A stretch of DNA of 64,000 nt from Trichoplax adhaerens. Taxonomy: Eukaryota; Animalia; Placozoa. Under the pieces are notes generated by a model. It was given only the letters and a program-made list of their open reading frames with translations. It did no database searches and was not told the DNA's origin. The translations under genes and the position numbers were made by a program. Every line of letters starts with the position of its first letter. The stretch's first letter is position 1. The stretch spans positions 5,556,597 to 5,620,596 of the forward strand of contig NW_002060946.1 of the NCBI RefSeq assembly GCF_000150275.1, in the 5' to 3' direction. Shown piece by piece: positions 1 to 14,697 of this stretch.

Positions 1-293
1 AAAGTCTCTAGTAATAAAATGCATAACGCTGTCTTTACGCTATGTTGTAACAAATATATTATGGCAGACAAGTGTAACTGTCATCCTTATTGAAGAAAAT
101 ATATTCTTTTTAAGTAAAATAAATTAAGACACACATCCTATCAAGCCAAGCTCCTTTATTAATGCCTGGTTTCAGTTTCAGCAGTATCTGGAAATCTTCA
201 GTAGGCGTGGATATGTTAACAATAATACTGTAATCAAGATAGTCTTCGATATCTTCATACTTAATCATAAAGGAATTGTTCATTTCTTTTCAG

Positions 294-527
294 GCATTTA
301 TTTCTCGATTTCGTAAAGTAATGGATTCTTCACAGAATGCTCAATACCAAGATACATATCAACTCACCGAGAAACTGGATGAAATTGAGCGGAAAATATT
401 TAAATCAACAAGACAAAATGTTGAGGACTTTGAGCGTTGGCAGGTTGGAAAATCGAATCAATTATCGACTTCTGAAGCAATTTTAAGCCATCGTAAGAGG
501 AAACATACTGACGATAACGTATCATGA
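294..527 (+). CDS. GINS3: DNA replication complex GINS subunit PSF3, last coding exon (gene begins before window)
   Basis: Acceptor tttcAG ends at 293. The exon reads AFISRFRKVMDSSQNAQYQDT..LDEIER..RKRKHTD*, matching the PSF3 C-terminus (FIGRFRRIMDSSQNA..LDEMER..KKRKFTD). Confidence 0.9.
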   Translation, partial: AFISRFRKVMDSSQNAQYQDTYQLTEKLDEIERKIFKSTRQNVEDFERWQVGKSNQLSTSEAILSHRKRKHTDDNVS

Positions 528-1602
528 AGTTGTCGTTCCCAACCAATGTCAATGTAATTGAGATTATTTTATTGGCTGCAAAGTGTATACGCTGACGTAA
601 CATTTATTGAATCATATGGTTTGCTACCTCGATAGCTTTCCTTGGTACTGGTAAAATGCTACTCTTATTGTATATTGTGATATATATTCATAGATGTACA
701 TCTAGCACCATGACAATCCTTAACTTATTGCAATTTTTTTACTTCATTCTACAGTATTTGCAAACAATATTGTATATACAGTATACTGCCTGTATCGTAT
801 GTAAATATGCTCGAGTTTTATAGGTATACTTTGCTATGATAACTTGAAAAATTGAAAGTTTCTGTACAATGTACATACACGACGTATGATAACAATAACA
901 AATTATAAAATTGTTTGAAATATGAATCTTTTAGCATTTTATGCAACGATTAAATTGCATTCATTCAAATTGCAGCATAAATCCGTTCGTATAGTAATAT
1001 AGACCGGCATTGTACTGTATCATGGTCTTCTGCTAGTAGTTCATGACTGTTCTGTATACATTGGCCGACATATACTCATACACGTATCGATGCAAAATGC
1101 GAATTGTGACATCGATCATGAATTAATTAACTGATGTCGATGGATAATTGACAACGTATATTTGCATCATTTCAGGCTGTAGTTGTATAGGAATAGTTGG
1201 GTACTGTCAATTTAGCTGTACAGTATGAAGGGTTATCTTGTAGATCTTTGAGCTCTTGGCAAGATGGCTTAATTAAGTCAATCTTTCCTGACTATCTATT
1301 GACTGCCTACGTAAACTGGCCTATAAGATTTGTAAACACGATCGTTTTATATTGTTTTTCCATCTCTACTTCTACTGCATAATAATTTATTAAGTATAGT
1401 AGTGAGTAAAACTTACAATTATTCTGATCTTATGTCTAGTCCATGATGAAATATGAAATGGAACCTTAATTTATTACTACTGTAGTCTCATCTCCACACG
1501 ATAGATCGACAGTATTGATACTCAGGTCAACACATTAAGCAGAGGTAAAAGACGAGCTTTACCCTATGCTGTACATTGAAGTGCACAATGTACTGTACGC
1601 AC

Positions 1603-2666
1603 TGTAGTCTCTGCTTTGAACTCGTCTAACTTATTTCTAAGGTTATTACCACTGATTTAGTAGTAATATTGGGAAAATTGAGATCTTCCTCGATAATCTG
1701 ATATATAATTCGGCAATTTATTATATATACATCCTCCATTCACTGAATGGCTACTTGGCTGTTTACGATGGACTTCTACCGAGTCGATTAATGGACTACT
1801 ACTAAAAGTCCATGGCAGAAACGTTCTCAAATGCTTTTCGTGAGAGTATACTGAACTTTATATATGTAGTTTCTGCTTTGAACTCGTCTAACTTATTTCT
1901 AAGGTTATTACCACTGACTTAGTAGTAATATTGGGAAAATTGAGATCTTCCTCGACAATCTGATATATAATTTGGCAATTTATTATACAGTATATACATC
2001 CTCCATTCACTGAATGGCTACTTGGCTGTTTACGATGGACTTCTACCGAGTCGATTAATGGACTACTACTAAAAGTCCATGGCAGAAACGTTCTCAAATG
2101 CTTTTAGTGAGAGTACACTGAACTTTATATATGTAGCTTCTGCTTTGAACTCGTCTAACTTATTTCTGAGGTTATTTACCATTCATTTAGTAGTAATATT
2201 GGGAAAATTGAGATCTTCCTCGACAATCTGATATATAATTTGGCAATTTATTATACAGTATATACATCCTCCATTCACTGAATGGCTACTTGGCTGTTTA
2301 CGATGGACTTCTACCGAGTCGATTAATGGACTACTACTAAAAGTCCATGGCAGAAACGTTCTCAAATACTTTTCGTGAGAGTATACTGAACTTTATATAT
2401 GTAGTTTCTGCTTTGAACTCGTCTAACTTATTTCTAAGGTTATTACCACTGACTTAGTAGTAATATTGGGAAAATTGAGATCTTCCTCGACAATCTGATA
2501 TATAATTTGGCAATTTATTATACAGTATATACATCCTCCATTCACTGAATGGCTACTTGGCTGTTTACGATGGACTTGTACCGAGTCGATTAATAGACTA
2601 CTACTGGAAGTTTATGGCAGAAACGTTCTCAAATGCTTTTAGTGAGAGTGTAGTGAACTTTATATA
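1603..2666. repeat. Tandem repeat, 4 copies of a 262-268 bp unit
   Basis: ctgctttgaactcgtctaac recurs at 1611, 1873, 2140 and 2408, and the units are near-identical. Confidence 0.97.
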
Positions 2667-2671
2667 GGAAT

Positions 2672-2925
2672 GGGGGGGGGGGGAGTACTTGTACTAGTGT
2701 GCAGTATGTACTGTACTGTAGTATAACTGTACGACGTTGATGAATTGAATGCTACTCAACTCCAACCGATCGTACGCCACCGTACACGTGTCCACTGTGG
2801 ATCGAATGCAACCATGGTCTAGCCGGATACAGTGCGCAGGAGCAGTACAGTACCGGATCCAAGCGAACCAACACAGTACGCCAGGACGGTACCGTACGGG
2901 ATTGGGTGACGCACGGTCCCGTACT
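2672..2925 (+). promoter_or_regulatory. Putative DAD1 promoter: poly-G run plus TACTGTAC/GTACCGTAC motif cluster
   Basis: G run at 2672-2683, then repeated tactgtac/gtaccgtac words and higher GC immediately 5' of the DAD1 ATG. Confidence 0.55.
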
Positions 2926-2993
2926 TGAAGCGCTTGCTCAACGACGTTCCTGCGTTCCGAAGTAAAGCCAGCAAGGCAAGAAGAAGAAAAAAA

Positions 2994-3995
2994 ATGTCTT
3001 CACAGGCTTCTCTATCCGAAATTTTATCCACCTTGTATACGGAATACAATCTTAAAACTCCAAACAAGTTGAAAATAGTCGATTGCTACTTGTTCTATAT
3101 TCTATTAACTGGTATCTTTCAATTTGGCTATTGCTGCTTGGTTGGTACTTTCCCCTTCAATGCGTTCTTGTCAGGATTCATCTCTACTGTGGCTAGCTTT
3201 ACCTTAGGAGGTAAATTGCTCCATTTGTTGATCTTTCAAAGACCATCTTATGCCCTTACTGTAGGCAAGATGGCCATGTTTGTAGTCAAAAACAACAACA
3301 ACTATTTCAATACTTGCGATCGTCCCTTGAAGGCCGATTCTCAACAAAAGTTATTTTGGACTTTCTACGCTACATACAATAGTCGTCTACGGTACATTAC
3401 TTTGTTGTCCTTTTTTACTTCAATAAAATGTCGACTACCGTATCATGGTCCAACGAGCGATTGCAGCCTTAACAGCACTAGGCCAATCAAATACAACACT
3501 TGAAATAGACCTACCTCACATCCAACTGACAATAAAACCTAACTTAGTATATGACTGATAAATTAGTCCAGCTGAATCGTCTACATCACTCTTGAGAAAG
3601 TATTCTGCAAGGAAATCGACTGAAATCAACGTAGATACCGACTGTCGCTGACTACATACTACAGTTAAAACAAATAGCGATGAAAGAAATCAAAATAATA
3701 CTAGAATAAAAAGTCTAGAAATATACTGTAGTAATGTTGTCGATGCACATTGTATACATGATGATTTATGAAATTGTTCTAACTCTATCACATTTGGATT
3801 GAGTTGTACTTTTTTAATCGATTAGCTGACATGCTAATTTCTTTTTCTTCTTCCAATCTTATAGTCTGTCTTCGAGTGCAAGTTAATCCTCTCAACAGGC
3901 CAATCTTCAAAGGAATTTCACCGGAACGTGCTTTTGGTGATTTTTTGTTTGCTAACGTCTTACTCCATTTGATTGTGATCAATTTTATCGGTTAA
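2994..3995 (+). CDS. DAD1: Oligosaccharyltransferase subunit DAD1, 115 aa; exons 2994-3210, 3865-3995
   Basis: [39 protein letters not shown] plus [36 protein letters not shown] phase-1 GT-AG intron joins them in frame. Confidence 0.97.
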
Positions 3996-5967
3996 TCAGT
4001 CAACCTTGTCACTCAAGACTTGATTTTGTAACATTTACAATATGAAAAGGATAGTAATATGACAATTTGGATGCGACCAATTTTTATTGACGTAACTATG
4101 TTTCCACACAAATCAATGGTGTGGATTCTTACCCATTCTAATAACACAGAAATAAAACTATAAGAAATATGATCAATATTCCATAGTATCTTTGTTTGCT
4201 TGCTTTAAAAATGAATGATAGTGTATCTTATCTTTTGAAGAAATTGAAGAAGAAAGTGAATTACAGTAGACTACTACGCAGCATGTTTGTGTGCCATACT
4301 TTGACTACGAATGCTTGCAATATTTTGCGTTATTCCAAGAGCTTGTGACAGCATACGAATAAGGCAACAGTTTATTGCCATTTTCTTCTTTTAGCGAATA
4401 GCTATACGTAATTTATTACTCCCAAGAGTTGTGTGAGCAAAATGAGATTAGTAAATCACATCTTACGATCAATATCTATAACGTGAGATAGTTTCAATAT
4501 TCATTATCCATTAATCATGCCTGTAGTAAATAGTCTTATAACGAGTAGCGATAGTAGAACCGTACGCTTGCCGCTACGATCACTCATATTGGCCGTTTAT
4601 GTGAACTTATAGTCCTCTTCTATTCTGCCTATTTCTCCTAGAGCCAAAAAGCAAATTTACGTACATCATATAAAATGTGTACTAATTTATTTATAAATGG
4701 CAGTAGCTTAAAATTTCGATCAATTGTTAGCAGTTAAAAGATGGATCAGTTTCAAGATGATTGATTTGCCTACCCTAAGATGTGTTTTTATCCAACATGC
4801 ACGAACGCAAATTCTTTTAATGGAAATATCAATCAGTGTTTTATACTTGACTCTCAGATAGCAATATCGTGTTGATAGCTTTCAATTTATAGTAATCATA
4901 TGAATCATATAAGAAAATTCTTTCAATTCACTACTACTTTTTAAAGATGGAAAGACTCGGCCTATTTCAGAATTGTCGACTGTCAAATATAGACAATATG
5001 AGATTGAACAAGGACTTTTAATATATTCTCCCTACCAACATTACATCGTAAAGTCACCTATCAAGAATTTGCCGACCTAAAGTAACAACTAGGAAAGTAA
5101 CATTGATTGGAATGGATATTCATTCAAGTAATTTCAACGGTACAACGTAAAGAAACATTTTTTCACTTATAAGCGACCAAAAGATCACTGCTGTACCATG
5201 TTATGTCAACATGCATCATGATATCATCATCCATCACTTACTGTCGAGAGGACTCTTTAGTCAATGCTAAACTCGTTAGGTCAATGAAAATTACGATTTC
5301 GTAGTTGAACCAATTAAATATTGCTATGTGATTAGCTGCACTTCGGTATAGACTCAATATCAGAAAATAATCATACGGTACTGTAAACGACATCTAGTAC
5401 TATTATTATCATATTTGTAACTCGCAGTGACAGAACCTTGAAAATAAGTCCAATTTCCGAAAGGTTTTAAAGGTGTTCAGTTACATTTGTTTATTTATCA
5501 CCTGCGTTTGCTAAAATAAAAGCTTAATCAGAGGCTTTGCAGTGTGATGTTCAGGTTTAGCATTACAAGCTGAATGGAAGGAAGCCTATTTGCATCATAA
5601 AAACTAACATGCTGTATCTTATATCTTATCTTGGGTAGCGTAGGTCTTAAGGGCAAAATTTCGTTCCTTGACAATTACACCGTTAAAGAGATTCATATTT
5701 TTGGTGAAATAAATCTGACAAATAGTCAATCTATCCAATATTTACACCTTAATTAATGATAATGCCAAATTATAAATTCTGTACATTGCAATGCTTCTTT
5801 CAGTATACATTGACGCTTATGAGCAGAATCGCTCCAATTGATTATTATTATCATATTTCCAAAACTAAAATCAACTTATATCGTTAAAATATTGTACAAA
5901 GAAAATCCAGTTATAATTTAAAAATAATTGCACTTTCATCAATTGTTCAATTTCAGACTGGCAACAT

Positions 5968-8900
5968 TTAATATTCTGTACTCCGCCTTTCTAAGTATTT
6001 CCTACAAAAATTGTGTTTAATTGCATGATTAATATTGAACAAGGCTATTATAGTTCAAAAATGGAGCAATATCTAATCATGTAATAGTTACCTTCGTGCA
6101 TTATCTAAAATTTCTCTTTTCCTTCTGAACAACAATGACTGACGTTCCTCCGGCGATTTGTGGTTATTGAGATCAATTTGTACTTTACTGTCGTCATTGG
6201 ATTCTTTCAATTCCTTATTGTGGCACTCAGTGACTTCAGGAGTTGGTTTTGGGTCACTACTTGCTTGGCTAAAGTTTGTTGAACAAGGTGTTCGGTTTGC
6301 TTCTATCTTATTGGCACTATCGCCACTATCTGATAAAGTGGTATCATTACTTTGAGGTAGTGACGGTCCACCAACTGCAGCACTATTTTCGTCCGATGCC
6401 GTTGCAGTAGGATTGTCAGCAGTCTATAACCCGTTATGGTTTGAAATCAAAGCAATAAACATATTTAGTATGATATCAAGTACTTTTTACAGGGTAGCTA
6501 CACATTTCTGATTGGCAATTACCTCCGCAACATTTAAGCGACCTTCTAATATGTTATCAGTAGTTATTTCTATGGAACGGGTGAGGTTTAAATCAGCTGT
6601 AATGGCGTTTAAGGAAAAATTGGGAAACATGGAATGTATTTGCATTGCCTAAAATAAAATACAAGAAAAGCATGTTAATACTGCATGGACATACAACGCC
6701 TTCTATTGTGCGGTAATGGAGGATCTATCAAAAATAATAATACCATGGCTTCGGTTTGGTGTGGCATCATCATTTCGCGATTGCTAGTAACTTCAACAGA
6801 GAAGCTAGGCATCCAACTAGCGATTCGTGACCCTATACAAGAAATAGTGCCACACAATATTTAGTCAATAAATTAAAGACAGATCTAAAATGGCTAGCAA
6901 AATCATTCAGCTGTCTCAATACACGTACCATCGAAATGAAAATAATGATTCCTATTAATATTTATAAAGGAAAAGAAGATTAGTTCAAGCAAATTGTATG
7001 CCTTACACTTTCCATTTTAAGAATTCAACGAAATCCAAATAGACTAACCGTGCATTAACTACTGCAGGATGCCGATCCGAATCAGTTGATAGTCGACCTA
7101 AATTTCCATCTGCCCCCGCTGCTTGACCATGCATAGAGTAAGGACCTTCCTGATACCTGCTGTCAACATGTTGAGTATCCGGACATATATCTGCCAACGA
7201 AAGTCGACATGTCGGACATGTTGTATCTTGTTCTAACCATGACTGCAAACAAGAACTAGACAAAAATAATACACACAATCATTATGGGTCCTTCAATTGC
7301 TTAATCAAGTATGATCAAAAAATCATACGGATATCTAGCACTATTCGTACAAGCTGTATCTTGGAATGCAGCATTAATACCTGTGGAACAAGTGTGTACA
7401 CGGCAATTTTCTAGCACTTTCCAGCTTTTCCCAACATATTGCACACTTTTGATGCTCTTTCAATTCTTCAGGTGTTGCCATTGAAAACCTAGAGTAAATA
7501 TTTATGATTAGATACATAACACGTAATCTAGTAATAATGACATTCTTAATAGCAATATTCCAAAGTGCACAGTGAAATCATAGAAATATTGGGGCCGTAC
7601 TTTGCTTCCATATTCGTCATAACCCGTACATAGTTTTGGTGTTTAGCCACCCGTCGTCGAAACTCGTAAAATAGAAAACGCATCTGCATGCATATAATCA
7701 AACTTGCAATGCTTAGGAAGAAATTAGTCCAAATCTATTGGGAAAGGGTACAAACAAGCCACGTGTTTATTTCTTATTTACAAACTCCATAAACTGTAAC
7801 TGCATTTGTGTACCAAACTAAGAGATTTTCTACCTACCAACATGTGAAGATGATGGAAAAAATCAATAAAAATTGCAGCCAATTCAATGACTAGTTCGGT
7901 ATAATATAAATAAGTGCCACGATTCTCCCAAACACCTTCATGACCAATATCCCACAGGTGAATGCCATATCTTTGATGTTAATTGAAAACAAAATATTAT
8001 CTATTCATGAATAACTACACTATTTCTCAGTCGATACACTATAGAAAATTAATCCATCCGTCTGTTATTAAACCACCAAAGATTGTTAACACTATTTCAT
8101 AACTATTTTTATAGTACCTTATAAGACAATTCAACGCATTTAAGGCCAACAGAAAACACTATTGGAATGAGAAAATATCAAACGATCACAGTTAGCATAG
8201 CCGATAACCGATATATGGCAATTACAGTATATTGTTTTTGGCTATTATAATATCTAAAAAATAATTTCAACCAACAACACTATAAAAGACAGAATTAAGA
8301 AAATATAAATCACTTACCTCAACGATCATAAAGGCAAAGGTATTTAATCCGACTTCTAACCCAACATGATAGGATATACCCATTAAAGTAAAGCATGAAC
8401 CCAAGATACCCAGCAATAATAATAAAACACGTCCATGTGTGCCAGTATTGAATGTAGCAGAAAAAGTTAACTAAAAAGTATAGAAGGAATATTGCTAGAG
8501 TTTCTGCTTTAGAATTAGTGTACTTTATTTTCTATAAATCATTTCCGATAAGTAGGTCCTATGCTAAACGTACAGTATATAGCGACTTGCATACATTTTA
8601 GTGTTTGTAATGAAGTAGCTCTTATAGCATTAAGTAAAACAATTGCTCTAGTAATCAGGAGGAAGTACTCACATAATCAAAACGATCACGGCATAATTGC
8701 GTAAAAAAGTGTAAAAATCCCACCAAGGAAAACCAAGCACACCACATTCCTACTTCGCTTAGTTTCTGTACATTTAAAACTCCAAATATGAAGATAAACT
8801 TATAAAAGACAAAATTCCAAAATTTGTCCTTCAAGTGCTGTAAAAAGACAATGATAAAGTAATTTTAGCAAGCAAACGCAAATGTCTAACTTTCAATAGC

Positions 8901-11461
8901 ACTAGTAGAAATTGACATCAAGATCAATCCTAAAAAAATCATTTCTCACAGGCACACTGCACGGAAATTTGCATTAGGCCTCCAATTTTATGCTATGCAC
9001 AAAGACGCAATAAAACTGAAATAATTCTAATCGAAGGAGGGAACAGTTGATTATTTCATTGACTAGAGCAATCGCTATCCTTCATTATGCTCCTTGTACT
9101 ATCTATATTAACGTTGTTGAACATAGTGTACTACAGCAGTACAGTATAGACTAGTGATGAACAAGTGCGTCAGTAAAATTTCATTGTGCGGAAAGTTTAG
9201 TGGCAGTAAAATATAATTAATAAGAATATATTAATGAATGATTATTTACTCTTTCCGCGAAGAGACTGCATCTTGTATAAAATTCCGTACCAGTAAATGA
9301 TTGATTGATCTTTTACAAGTACTGATATTATACGTAGCTAGGGATGTCAACATTGCCATCAATAATAAAATAATAATGCCTATCGTTTCTATTATAACGA
9401 GCTATACAATCATAATTGCACGGCTATTTAGTTCTAGGGCATAATATCCGAAAATAATGAGGAGAATCCGTATGTTATACGGCTATTACGATAAAGCAAT
9501 AGTGTGAATCTAAATTAACATCACGGAATAAAAGCAGACTTTGCAAGTTCGAATCATACGTCATCTGGTGGAATCAGAGAATAGGCATGGAAGCGTATTT
9601 CAATACTTTTATAGACTACAGAGTAGCTTCAACTTCTTGATAGCCTAAAAATATCCCTCGTTTTATTCCACTTGATATAATACAGTAAAAAACTCGTAGA
9701 AAAGAAATATGCTCTACCAGGATCGCTTTCAATGACATGACTGTGCGGTAGAACTAATCGCAGCTAGATGCGGAACTACAGAAATAGTAATGTTACGACG
9801 ATACCGATGGGGAAATTAACTTCCGTTTCAAAAGTTTTGAAACGATTTTTTCTTAAAGGGAGGCTATTTAATTTATGGAAGGGTATTACAATCGATGGCT
9901 TTTAATGTTTTATGAACCACTGTCAAAGTTTCCTCCTCTGACAGTGATAGAATTTAACTACAGATGTCAACCTTGGGTATACGTATTTAGCACATGCAAA
10001 TCATGAAATGCCTTCAACCGATGAAATTAGGACAAATAAAGTCGTAGTATATGACTCTAATAAAGCAAAACATGATTTTAAAAAAGAGAAGAAGTGATAG
10101 ACACATTCACATAACCAAGATAAGGATCAGAAAATGAGAGAAAAAAATAATAAATTTGCCCATCTACGCTGCTATCGCTCTGATACAAAAACATAACTGG
10201 TGTAACCATACGGTACTTGAGTAGGCAACATAAATATACTCTATATGGTAATCGTCTCCGCCTAACTGCGGTATAGTACTATGCTCTAATTCCCTTTTTT
10301 GCAATCATCGGTATGTGCCCAAAGTATGAACATCCGGGTAAACATTTTCTTTACATCAGCACTTTAATTGGAAATCAATCTAATGTACCAGTATTTCTAA
10401 TATTAGTGTGGACAATACTATTTGTAATTAAGCCTAAAGTACGTTCAGGAATAAGATAGTCTTGCTGGTGATATTAGATAAAAATCAACACAACAACTAC
10501 TTTTAATAGAAAGACACAAGAGTGACAATATTATAATTATGAACCATGATCGAGGCAAGGCAAGAAGAACGTCAATTAATATCTATGTCAAACTGTTGTA
10601 GCAATCAGTTGATCATGAAAGCTAACCATTTTAGCAGTATTCAATGCTAAATTCTTCAGTGAGTATTTTTACCTGTTGTTCGCTAACACGAAGTTCGCCA
10701 AAAACCACTTTTTGCACCAATCGAGCTACTAGGAATAGTGTACAGTACGCCATATTGACTACCACCTGATTTGTTTTGAAAAGTAAATTAATTAAAAAAA
10801 GGAACCATGAATATCGTTGATTATCCTGAATAGGAATTGCTATACACACTACGATATTAAGTCATTACAATCAAAATAAAATGATGATCGTAGTTATAAA
10901 CAACTAGTACTGCAATTTTTGAACAACACATTTCTGGAAATGATCAGATGATATCCTCTAATCATTGTCACTACGTATGCAGCAAGTACTTCATTACTTA
11001 GAGGTAGTGTAGGAATAGAGAATTTGGAACAATAACATTTGATAATCACGGTAAACGTTGTGATGAACAATCATCGAGGTTCTTTTACCTCTATCACTAC
11101 TGTACAGTGTACATACAGTCCATGAGTTAATCAAGAAGAAAGTAATCTACTTTGCAATGTTATGCAATTTTAAACAACTGTTTGTATGACAAGTAGAGAG
11201 ACTAACCCAAACACACCACAGCTCTTCCAGCATGACCGAAGCAGTTTGTGTCCATGAAAGCATCAATGTCTGTTCAGGCTTTGGGTGAAAACAATCGAGA
11301 TTGGATTTGTTGAGGCCATCAAAGCTTGTCGATTCATGCAAAAAGCGGGAATGAGATACTTCACGAGCATAATATACCGATGCTAGGAATAATCCAAGGC
11401 TAAATATAGAATAGGTACGTAAGGTAGGTACTGGGATACTTTCCACTCCTAAAGACGGCAT
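5968..11461 (-). CDS. AMFR: E3 ubiquitin ligase AMFR/gp78 (TM region, RING-H2, CUE, G2BR), about 14 exons
   Basis: Exons 11207-11461, 10673-10765 and 8673-8837 ([24 protein letters not shown]). RING reads [30 protein letters not shown] 23-nt exon 6929-6951 (NHYFHFD) joins [18 protein letters not shown] reads [23 protein letters not shown]-terminus RQSLL.RRK..ARRKYL, stop at 5968-5970. Confidence 0.95.
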
Positions 11462-12489
11462 GATCGACTATTGGCGTAGATAGAATAGAAGCGTTTTGGT
11501 GAAGAAATCAACACATCGATTATCGACGTTGTAGTAGGCAAAATGATACAATGTAGACTGTAGAAGAACAAATCAATTCGTTGTTGCGGGTATCGCAGTA
11601 TTTCTTTGACAGTCGACTGGCAGAAAATTGGAAATCTAAATCATCATAATGATAAGCAATAGAATGACAAAGTGAGTCTTTGGTGCAATGCACATGTAAG
11701 CTAATTATTTGCAATTTGGACCTGATTGATTGATCATTTTACAATTCTTCGATTGTAGTACATGGATGAAGAAATAGAGCGCGATATTCATTCTACAGTA
11801 CATTAATTGAAGTCGAGTACAATAATAGGGTTGGAAATAGAATAATATTATTATTGCCTACAGTATATGAATATCCTATTGTACTATTCAAACTATGAAG
11901 GAGGAAGATGTTGGCGACACCAATAACAAATACAGTCGTCCACATTTCTTGAAAATGCAGAATAAAGGCTAATAAGGAAATGGAGAAAAAGGTTGAAAAC
12001 CGTCAAGTACTGTACAATATGCTATTTTTCATCATGCTCATCCAACTACAATCGATCTTATGGTGAAATGAAGCAAAAAGTGCAAGTCTATGATGACCAC
12101 TTGCAAGTGGTTTGTCTTTCGTCATCATAACATTACTATTAGGATGGGAAGAGTTGAAAAAATCCAAAACATTTACCTCATTAATTGTCATCAATGTCAA
12201 GGCAATCGATTTGGATTGTATTGATACACCAGCAGCAATCCAAGGGTTTCCCCCCAAAGAAGCAAATCGATCGATGATCCAACTTGGTTAATAATTTTCC
12301 TAGACTACCCTGACGTTGTAATAAGTCTGGTGAGTTGTTGTAATAGTCAGCTCAAATTAGTTAATTGCGTAAAAGAAGATTTTATCTAGTCCACGATGAT
12401 AAAAAGTTGAACAGATTAATTCATCATCAATGGCTTGAAAAGTTGTTTTGGTCCGGCACGGATCGTCGAGTCATCATCATTGGACGTTG

Positions 12490-13135
12490 AACTGTATCGT
12501 TCGTGTACTGTACGGTAGGCTTCAAGGGTACGGTACACGATGGTACGCTACAGTGCTACACGATCGTACGCTTGCGCTCGACAATCGTGGTCTAGAGACA
12601 CCTGAGGTGGTTTTTCTCGGTGGCGTGATGGTTTTGTCGTCGCCTTTCGTATCGATTGAAGTAGTACGGTGGTGTGTTGAAGACTCGGTGGAATCGACTG
12701 CGATACGTACCATGTTGTTTGACCCATAGGGGGGGGGGGGGTCTTGAACTTCTCCGTCATGTAGCCTGTAGCACGGCCCGAGTCCAGTCTGCAGTCTACA
12801 GTACAGTACTGTACTTTACAGTGCAGTGTACTGTACAAGTCGAGTCACTACGACGTGGCATTGACACCGACATGGCATGACCCAGCGGACCTTGCCAGGC
12901 ATTACCGATCCCAGTTCACAGGGTTCAACACAATGATGTAAGTGAGTGGTGTCAATCTCCCGAACAGTGAAACTGCTGCATTTCATTCAGTCCGTACCGT
13001 CCGTACACTATGGGACTGCAACCACGACGCCACCATCCCATACAGTATCAAGGCACTAATTCTGACCTACAGTACGTACAGTACAGTACAGTACAGTATG
13101 CTACTTTATAGTGTACTGTACTGTACTGTGCCGGC
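12490..13135. promoter_or_regulatory. GC-richer island with poly-G and TACAGTAC repeats; probable AMFR promoter / 5'UTR region
   Basis: G run at about 12728-12741 and dense tacagtac/gtactgta words about 1 kb upstream of the AMFR ATG; the overlapping ORFs are low-complexity. Confidence 0.5.
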
Positions 13136-13172
13136 CAGTTGTTGGTGGACCACATCAGACCTTGAAGACCTT

Positions 13173-13198
13173 GATTATTATTATTATTATTATTATTA
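13173..13198. repeat. (TTA)n microsatellite
   Basis: gattattattattattattattatta. Confidence 0.9.
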
Positions 13199-14697
13199 TA
13201 ATGAGGGACTCTGGGGTCAAAGCAACACGGGGACATTCGTCAGTTAGAATAATTATAACAAATATCAATTTATTCTAATTATTATTCTAATTATCAATCC
13301 AAACCATCTTTCGCTTATTACTAAGTGCATCCAAAGTAGTCACAACGAAGTACACAGACTGTAGACTCATAACAATCATCATTGAAGAAGTGTCAATACG
13401 GAATGAAAAAAACACAACAAGATAGCGCTCAATTCATAACTAAGTAAACAAATATCTATAGAAAGAAGATCTAACAAGTACCGCATTCTTCTCCAATCCA
13501 TCAGTGTTAAAATAACCATCTTGATGGACAAGCGTGTCAAAGTTATCCGTAAGCATTCTGCTCAAGTCGCTGAAATGATTGACAATTCAGCTAGCCCAAG
13601 CTTTTCAAACACCATTACATTACTAGTGGTCCGTATTCGAGTAAAGCACTGTACTGTACTCATCCACCCCCTCGTAATTATTCCATCATTCCAAGTAATG
13701 ATGACATTATTAATGGATTAACTCAACGGTAAATGAAAATCAACCATCAGCCTATCTCAGTGTAGATTCACCAGTACACTGCATATCCAACCTTCTCTTT
13801 GCCTTGTAAGCATCATACTAATCTGGCAAATTTTGTATACCCACCCATCGATCAATACTGTTTCACAACTATCAGTTAGCATGCATTTATTAGTTCATTA
13901 TAGAATGATAACAATCACAGAGTCAGTTAATAAACCGTCATGATTTATAAATACGGGATAAAGTGGCACAGTGAATCATTTGATATAGAGATTGTTCAAA
14001 AATATCAGTCCAATCCAACATACAATTGGCTAATGAAAAGAATCTTTACACTTGTAATTGACCAATCCATCAGCATGGGTTTATATTGTTTACGTTCTAC
14101 TAGTTGAATAATTATGCACAACGTAAGAGTTAACATGATGTATAATGCATTTATACGCGTAGATTGGAAACGTAAAGTACTAACGCTTACGTCAGAAGTT
14201 GCTTAAAGCAATCATACGTAAGTCTTTCAATGATGATTGCATGCATTATCATTTTCTTGCTATAATAACAGTGATCGCAAGAATACAAATAGTATCATAA
14301 AGATTGATCAACAATAGGTATCTGTTAGATAATATAAAATTTCAAATACATGATTCATAGACCAGGATACAGCAAAATTAAATTATTTGTATAACAAGTT
14401 CGCAGGCGCACATTAGCTAAAATGTCAGTCAACAAAAATTACACATTTACAAATAATACAACTAATGCTAATTCGTAAATCGTAAGAATTGAACAAATTG
14501 GATTCTGGTCTAATTGGAACAGTAGTTAAAAATTACCAATTGGCTCTAGAGACTACAGTTTCAGAGCTCATAGACATGCTAAGATAGACTGTAAATTTTG
14601 CTTATATCGCCAAGAATTTGTTACAGTTTTTGCATCAAGATTTTATCTGCGGCGCAAGTATGATGACTGAAACCTCAACTTGTACATTGAAATGCAA

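Noticed and set aside
1888-2365. Repeated 60-69 aa ORFs in the 267-bp array
   Set aside because: TTG starts, frameshifted in other copies, and no recognisable domain.
1603-2666. Possible CRISPR-like arrays among the tandem repeats
   Set aside because: Whole units are duplicated with no unique spacers, the context is eukaryotic, and there are no cas genes.
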